Assembly (NCBI GenBank): GCA_963742205.1
Contig: CAVUKZ010000002.1
Location: 99,887-163,886 of the forward strand
Source: an uncultured Solirubrobacterales bacterium
Lineage (GTDB): Bacteria > Actinomycetota > Thermoleophilia > Solirubrobacterales > 70-9
Reading direction: 5' to 3'
DNA: 64,000 nucleotides
Below are positions 58,286 through 64,000 of this stretch, piece by piece (the stretch's first letter is position 1; the number at the start of each line of letters is the position of its first letter). The position numbers were made by a program, and so were the translations under genes. Below the pieces are notes generated by a model. The model ran no database searches and had not been told where the DNA came from. It was given only the letters and a program-made list of their open reading frames with translations.

Positions 58286-59305
58286 TCAGAAGAGGCTCGC
58301 CTGGCGCACGCGCGGCCGGCGCTCGCGCGGCTTCGGCTCGCTCTGCGTCCCGCGCTGGACGGTGAACCGGCGCGGACGGCTGCCGCCGCGCGCGCGGGCC
58401 GCGAGCTGCTCGCGCTCGGCGGCGGGCATGTAGGCGCCCCGGCGGTAGAGCTCCTCATAGCGCGGCACGAGGTCGGGCCGGTACTGGCGCAGCCAGTCGA
58501 ACCAGATCTCGCGCACCTCGCCGCGCAGGTGCAACCCCACGCCGCCGACGCTCTCGGCCCCGGCCTCCCCGACCGCCTCGACCAGCTCCTCGACCTGGCC
58601 AGGCGCGTCGTTGACGCCGGGGATGATCGGCGCGATCAGCACGCCGGTCGGGATCCCGGCCCGCGCCAGCTCGGCGACCGCCTCGATCCGCTTGCGCGGG
58701 TGCGGCGTGTGCGGCTCGGTCTGGCGCCAGGCCTTCTCCTCCAGCGTCGGGATCGAGAGGTTGGCGACGAACTCTGTCCGCTCGCAGATCTGCTTCATCA
58801 GCTCGATGTCACGCAGCAACAGCGGTGATTTGGTCAGCACCGAGCACGGGTTCGCGAAGTCGCGCATCGCCTCCCAGATCCCCTCGAGCAGCCGGTAGCG
58901 ACCCTCGACCCACTGATACGGGTCCGTGTTCGTCCCCAGCGCGACGTGCTCGCCCTTCCACGAGGGCCGCGCGAGCTCGGCCCGGACGAGCTCCGGGACG
59001 TTGACCTTGACGACGATCTCGCGCTCGAAGTCCTCGCGCGCGTTCAGGTCCAGATAGGTGTGGGTCGGGCGGGCGAAGCAGTAGATAAGACGCACGCGTG
59101 GGTGCAGCCGCGGTACGGGTTGATCGTCCACCGAAACGGCATCCGCGACTGCTTCGGCACCCGGTTGAGACCCGAGCGGGCCTCGACCTCGTGGAAGCGG
59201 ACCCCGAGCGCCTCGGGGGCGTCGAAGGTGCGGACGGTGGACTCCCCGATCCCGGGCAGCAGCCCCTGCGTGCTCGTCTCCCTTCTCCAGGTTTTCCCAA
59301 CGCAC
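58286..59305 (-). pseudogene. Radical SAM protein (Rv2578c / SplB-like DNA-repair-photolyase family), two frame changes
   Basis: VRWENLEKGDEH / QGLLPGIGESTVRTFDAPEALGVRFHEVEARSGLNRVPKQSRMPFRWTINPYRGCTHACV / (IY)CFARPTHTYLDL..LTKSPLLLRD.. The junctions are one extra g near 59265 and a 5-nt ttatc segment (59088-59084) inside the CX3CX2C motif. Confidence 0.7.
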
Positions 59306-59356
59306 GAACGTATGTTCGCACATCCAGGGGACGGACCGGCTCGGCCACGGAGTACT

Positions 59357-59377
59357 TAGCACCCTATCTATTTGCTA
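59357..59377. promoter_or_regulatory. AT-rich inverted repeat TAGCA-N11-TGCTA between the radical SAM gene and the MarR gene. Candidate MarR operator.
   Basis: Read directly: acttAGCAccctatctattTGCTacgg. This is the only AT-rich patch in the spacer. Confidence 0.3.
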
Positions 59378-59403
59378 CGGTCCCGCCGCCATCGCGACCG
59401 CGC

Positions 59404-59859
59404 CTAGCCGACACCGCTACCCGCGCCGAGTTCGACGCCGCCTGGACCGAGTTCTTCGGCGCGATCCGCCGCGCCCGGGGACGGGCGGCGAGGGAGGTCG
59501 AACGCGAGGGCCTCAGCCTCGCCCAGTTCGGATTGCTGTTCTCGTTCGTCGAGCTCGAGCGCGGCGACGTCCTCCCCGTGGGCGCCCTCGCGGAGGGGGC
59601 CGGGATCGCGCAGCCGACCGCGACCCGGATGCTGGACGGGCTCGAACGCCAGGGGATCGTCGAGCGCCGCCCATCGACCGCGGACCGCCGCAGCGTGGAG
59701 GTTGAGCTCACAGCCCGCGGCCGCCGCCTGCTCAACCGCAAGCGGAAGCTGGTCGACGAGAAGCGCCAGGCGGTGTTCGAGTCCCTGGAGGCCGCCGACC
59801 GCGAGAGCGCCGCGCGGCTGCTGCGAACGCTCGCCGCGGCGATCGAGGATCAACTGTGA
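59404..59859 (+). CDS. MarR-family transcriptional regulator (5' end unresolved)
   Basis: ..GLSLAQFGLLFSFVELERGDVLPVGALAEGAGIAQPTATRMLDGLERQGIVERRPSTADRRSVEVELTARGRRLL.. There is no ATG/GTG/TTG in frame between the radical SAM start region and the wHTH. The ORF-track start at 59098 lies inside the opposite gene. Confidence 0.7.
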   Translation, partial: LADTATRAEFDAAWTEFFGAIRRARGRAAREVEREGLSLAQFGLLFSFVELERGDVLPVGALAEGAGIAQPTATRMLDGLERQGIVERRPSTADRRSVEVELTARGRRLLNRKRKLVDEKRQAVFESLEAADRESAARLLRTLAAAIEDQL

Positions 59860-59905
59860 GGCGGAGCGAAGCGAAGCGAGCCGCGCCGCTGTTGAGGCGC
59901 CTGAC

Positions 59906-61340
59906 GTGACGGCCGCGGTCGAGCGCCAGCACTACAACCTCACGCTCGGCGTGCTCGTCCTGAGCGCGCTCGCCTACGCCCTCTCGCAGACAATGGTCGC
60001 CCCGGCGCTGCCCGCGATCCAGGAGGACCTCGGCACCTCGACCACCACGGTCACCTTCGTGCTCACCGCCTACCTGCTGACAGCGTCGGTCGCCACGCCG
60101 ATCATCGGCCGCCTCGGCGACATGTTCGGCAAGGAGCGGATGCTGCTCGGGACGCTGGTCGTGTTCGCCCTGGGCTCGCTCGTCTGCGCGCTGTCGCACT
60201 CGATCGGGCTGCTGATCGCCGGCCGCGCCATCCAGGGCGTCGCCGGCGCGGTGTTCCCGCTCGCCTTCGGGATCATCCGCGACGAGTTCCCGCCCGAGCG
60301 GGTCGCGACGGGCATCGGCCTGATCAGCGCGACCTTCGGGATCGGCGGCGGCGCCGGTCTGGTGCTCAGCGGCCTGATCGTGGACCACCTCGACTACGAG
60401 TGGATCTTCTGGCTCTCGGTGGTCTTCGTCCTGGTCGCGATCGTCGCCACCCACCTGTTCGTGCCAGAGTCGCCGATCAAGTCGCCCGCGAAGATCGACT
60501 GGGTCGGCGCCGGGTTGCTCTCGGTCGGGCTCGCGGGGCTGCTGATCGGGGTCAGCGAGGGCACTGACTGGGGCTGGTCGGACGCTCGGATCTTCTCGCT
60601 CTTCGGCGTCGCGCGTGGTCGCGCTCGTGGCCTGGGTGTTATGGGAGCGGCGCGCGCCGCAGCCGCTCGTCGACATGAAGATGATGGCCGAGCGCGGCGT
60701 GTGGACCACCAACATCACCGGCCTGCTCGTCGGCTTCGGGATGTTCGGCTCGTTCATCCTCATCCCCCGCTTCGTCCAGGTCGACCCAGCCGTCTCAGGC
60801 TTCGGCTTCGGCGCGTCGGTGACCGAGGCCGGTGTCTTCCTGCTCCCCTCGGCGCTCGTGATGCTGTTCGCCGGCCCGCTCTCCGGCTGGCTGGGAACCC
60901 GCCACGGCTCGAAGCTGCCGATGCTCCTCGGCACGGCGGTCTGCACGGTGAGCTTCGCGCTGCTCGCCGTCGCGCACGCCGAACGCTGGGAGATCTACCT
61001 GTCGGTGACCCTGATGGGCGTCGGGATCGGCCTCGCGTTCGCCGCGATGGCGAACCTGATCGTCGAGGCCGTCGACCGGACCAAGACCTCCGTCGCAACG
61101 GCGATGAACACCATCATGCGCACGATCGGCGGCTCGCTCGGCGGCCAGATCACCGCCTCGGTGGTGGCCGGACACGTGATCGCCGGGACCTCGAACCCGG
61201 CCGAGTCGGGCTTCACGATCGCCTTCGTGATCTCGGCGGTCGGCGTCGGCGCGGCCTTCTGCACGGCGCTGTTCATCCCCTCGCGCCTGCCCTACGCGGC
61301 CCGGCCGAGCGCGGCCCCCGCGCCGGCTGGCGCGAGCTAG
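59906..61340 (+). pseudogene. MFS drug:H+ antiporter (DHA2/EmrB-like, 14 TM), one frame change near 60612
   Basis: ..LSQTMVAPALPAIQEDLGTS..GRLGDMFGKERMLL.. is in ORF 59702. ..VVALVAWVLWERRAPQPLVDMKMM.. is in ORF 60615. The junction is explained by one extra c. Confidence 0.8.
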
Positions 61341-62374
61341 AGCTCGAGCTCGGCCGGGGTGATGCGGAGCTCGATCGGGCCGCCGTCGCGCACCAGGCGG
61401 GCGATGGCCTCGGCGCCGATGCGCTCGGCGACCATCAGCCGCTGGAGGTCGGTGGCCGAACGCACCGGCGTCCCGTCGAGCTCGTAGATCACGTCGCCGA
61501 CCCGGACCCCCGCATTGTCGGCGGGGCTGCCGGCGACCACCTCGACCACCTCCACCCCGCGGTCGGCGCCGGTGGCGGCGCGAGCCCGGGGCGGCAGCGG
61601 CGCGGGGCCGCCGGCGATCCCGACGTAGGCGCGGCGCACGCGCCCGTCGGAGATCAGCGCGGCGATGATGCGCTGGGTCGTCGCGGTCACGGGGACCGCG
61701 AGGCCGAGCCCGATCCCGGCGACCGCGGTGTTCACGCCGACGAGCCGGCCGCGGCCGTCGGCGAGCGCGCCGCCGGAGTTGCCGGGGTTGAGGGCCGCGT
61801 CGGTCTGGATCACGTTGTCGATCACCCGCGCCTGACGGCCCGCGGTCGCGGGCAACGCCCGCCCCAGCGCTGAGACGACGCCGGCGGTTACCGAACCCTC
61901 GAAGCCGTGCGGATTGCCCATGGCGACGACAAGCTGGCCCACGCGGAGGCGGTCGGCGTCGCCGAGCTCGACCGGGTGCAGCTCGCCGTCCTCGATCCGG
62001 ATCACGGCGAGATCGGAGAGCGGGTCGCTGCCGGTGATCGCAAAGCGCAGCTCGCGACCGTCGGTGAAGCGGGCGCTGCCGCCGTCGCTACCGGCGACCA
62101 CGTGCGCGGAGGTGAGCAGGAAGCCGTCGTGGGTGAGCGCCACGCCGCTGCCGGCGCCCGACTGCACGCGACCGCGCCGGGTGCGCCGCGTGACACGGAG
62201 GCTGGCCACCGAGGGGGCGAGCTTCTCGGCGACCCCGGAAACGGCGCGCGAGTAGGCGTCGAGGGCCTCCTCATCGGTCGGCTGGCCGTCGGCTTCAACG
62301 GGAACGTCGAAGGCGGAGCTCGGCCCCTGGTCCGAGGCCGGCGCGCTCCCCTCCACGAGACGCAACGCGGGCAT
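61337..62374 (-). CDS. Trypsin-like serine protease with C-terminal PDZ domain (HtrA/DegP family)
   Basis: ..LLTSAHVV.. (His), ..DLAVIRI.. (Asp), ..NPGNSGGAL.. (Ser), and a PDZ-like ..GVEVVEVVAGSPADNAGVRVGDVIYELDG.. Confidence 0.85.
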   Translation of the reverse strand: MPALRLVEGSAPASDQGPSSAFDVPVEADGQPTDEEALDAYSRAVSGVAEKLAPSVASLRVTRRTRRGRVQSGAGSGVALTHDGFLLTSAHVVAGSDGGSARFTDGRELRFAITGSDPLSDLAVIRIEDGELHPVELGDADRLRVGQLVVAMGNPHGFEGSVTAGVVSALGRALPATAGRQARVIDNVIQTDAALNPGNSGGALADGRGRLVGVNTAVAGIGLGLAVPVTATTQRIIAALISDGRVRRAYVGIAGGPAPLPPRARAATGADRGVEVVEVVAGSPADNAGVRVGDVIYELDGTPVRSATDLQRLMVAERIGAEAIARLVRDGGPIELRITPAELEL

Positions 62375-62431
62375 GCCCGTACGTTAGCCGGGCGCCCACC
62401 TCGGCCCGAACGGCCCGGGCGCGGATGGCCG

Positions 62432-63088
62432 CTAGGTCACCGAGCCGGCGCCGACCGCGGCGACCAGCTCGCGCGCCGGTTCGACCGCCTCAGGCGGCAG
62501 CCAGTGCCCGGCGTCGGTCTCCCGGTAGTCGACGGCGAGCCCGCCGGCGGTGAGCAGGTCCCGCGCCCCGCGTCCGAACTCAACCGAGATCACGGGATCG
62601 TTGCGACCGTGATGGATCAGAGCCGGCAACCCGGCGCGATCCTCGAGCGCCGGCTGCCACCCCTCGACCGTCGGCACGAAGCCGCTGAAGGCGAGGATGG
62701 CCGCCGGCGACGGGCGGCCCTGACCCAGGCCCACGGCGTACGACATCACCGCCCCCATCGAAAAGCCGCCGACCACCGTCCGCGACCAGTCGATGCCCCG
62801 CTCCGCCAGAAGCCCGTCGAGGAAACCAGTGAGCGCCGCGTAGCTGCCGGCGAACGTGGCCGGGTCCGGGTAGCCCACCCGCGGCACCAGGTACCAGTGG
62901 CGGCCGCCGGGCGGCACGTTCGTGAGCGGCGCCCCCGTCGTGATCCCGAGCAGCCGCCGCTCCGGATCGAGCTCGTCGAGCAGGCCGTAGAGGTCGTTCT
63001 CGTCGGCGCCCCGGCCGTGGTTGAGGACGAGCGCGCCCGTCGGCTCCCCGACCGGCTCGCGCAGCCTGTGGACCAGCTCGCCGCTCAT
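62432..63088 (-). CDS. Alpha/beta hydrolase (phospholipase/carboxylesterase family)
   Basis: The ATG at 63088 overlaps the upstream stop (ATGA). ..VVGGFSMGAVMS.. nucleophile elbow (GxSxG), ..IHHGRNDPVI.. and ..DAGHWL.. Confidence 0.8.
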   Translation of the reverse strand: MSGELVHRLREPVGEPTGALVLNHGRGADENDLYGLLDELDPERRLLGITTGAPLTNVPPGGRHWYLVPRVGYPDPATFAGSYAALTGFLDGLLAERGIDWSRTVVGGFSMGAVMSYAVGLGQGRPSPAAILAFSGFVPTVEGWQPALEDRAGLPALIHHGRNDPVISVEFGRGARDLLTAGGLAVDYRETDAGHWLPPEAVEPARELVAAVGAGSVT

Positions 63089-64000
63089 CCGCGGAGCGCG
63101 ACGCGCGGGTTGGTGACCGGCGTGAGCACGGCCTCGATCTGCTCCCGCTGGTCCTCCAGGAAGGGCGGCAGGATCAGCTTCTCGCCCAGGTGCTCGGCGT
63201 CCTCGTCGACGCCGAAGCCCGGCCCGAGCGTCGCGACCTCGAACAGCACGCCGCTCGGCTCGCGGAAGTAGATCGACTTGAACCAGAAGCGGTCGATCAC
63301 CGGGGTCGGGTGCGCGCCGCCGGCGATCGCGCGCTCGCGCCAGTCCAGGTGTTGGTCCGTCTCCGAAGCCCAGGCGATGTGGTGGACCGTCCCGGCGCCC
63401 TCGATCCCGCGCTCGGCGGGTGGCTCGTCGTAGGCCCACAGGCCCCCGCGGGCGTCGCCGCGCGCCTCCCAGCCGTCGTCGGTGCGCTCGAACTCGAGGC
63501 TGCCGAGCAGCTCCGCGCTGCGCTCGGGGTTGGCGCTAGTAGGCGCGGGCGCCGTGAAAGCCCTGCAGCGCGAACTCGGCGGGGACCTCGGGGTGGTCGG
63601 CGATCAGCGGCGCGTCGTCGACCGTGGCGACCACGAGCTCGTGCTCGAGCCCCTCCGGGTCCGCGAAGCGCAGGCCGTCGCCGACCCGCTCCGAGTCGAA
63701 CCCGGCGGCGGACAGCCGCTCGGCCCAGAAGTCGAGCGCCTCGACCGAACCCACCCGCCAGACGATCCGGTGAATCATCCCGGCTCCCGGTCGGCCCACG
63801 GGCGCTCCGCGGAACTCGAAGAACGTGATGTCGGAGCCCGCGTCGCCCTGCTCGTCCGCGTAGAAGAGGTGGTAGACGCTCGGCGCGTCCTGGTTGACGG
63901 TCTTCTTGACCATGCGCAGCCCTAGCGTGCCGGCGTAGAAGTCGACGTTGCGCTGCGCGTCGCCGGTGATCGCCGTGATGTGGTGGATGCCCTCGAGCTT
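63085..64000 (-). pseudogene. VOC-family ring-cleaving dioxygenase (MhqO-like); partial (N-terminus beyond window end); one frame change/stop near 63537
   Basis: ..HHITAITGDAQRNVDFYAGTLGLRMVKKTVNQDAPSVYHLFYAD..GFHGARAY then TAG. The sequence continues in another frame as SANPERSAELLGSLEFERTDDGW..GTVHHIAWAS..VIDRFWFKSIYFREPSGVLFEVATLGPGF.. Confidence 0.75.

Overview
Very GC-rich, actinobacterial-type chromosomal segment with tightly packed genes and many ATGA/GTGA stop-start overlaps. I support about 65 protein-coding genes. I recognised no rRNA, tRNA, CRISPR array, IS element or prophage. Content is mostly metabolism and transport. (1) Ethylmalonyl-CoA / methylmalyl-CoA type C2-C4 genes are scattered over the window: ccr, ecm, a Chloroflexus-like malyl-CoA/beta-methylmalyl-CoA lyase, a hot-dog thioesterase, a MaoC hydratase, an acyl-CoA dehydrogenase, GTP-PEPCK, and a non-canonical SucCD-like CoA ligase followed by a tiny ferredoxin-like ORF. 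(2) The DUF485-actP-acs acetate uptake and activation operon is present. (3) A CarH/LitR-type AdoB12 photoreceptor regulator shows the Wx9EH and ExHxxG motifs. Three 11-bp-phased TGTC(A/G) repeats lie over its -35 element, and it is divergent from an SDR / FAD-oxidoreductase / DUF1365 operon that resembles furan-fatty-acid genes. I rate this the most coherent candidate system in the window. (4) One tight operon encodes acyl-CoA dehydrogenase, SDR, two tandem SCP2 paralogs, an AlkZ-like (Q37-A-Q39) DNA glycosylase and a MaoC hydratase. (5) The rest are regulators (MarR x2, LysR, an ECF sigma with SnoaL-like tail), exporters and secreted proteins. A dominant technical or biological feature is that about 17 otherwise well-conserved genes are broken by small indels, mostly explained by one extra base. 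The breaks are strongly clustered: about 10 in a secreted HExxH gene, 5 in acs, at least 2 in actP and 3 in the first 620 nt. Long neighbouring genes (ccr, ecm, pckG, mcl) are intact. I cannot tell assembly error from gene decay using the sequence alone. Many long ORFs in the supplied track are antisense shadow ORFs or chimeras created by these frame changes.
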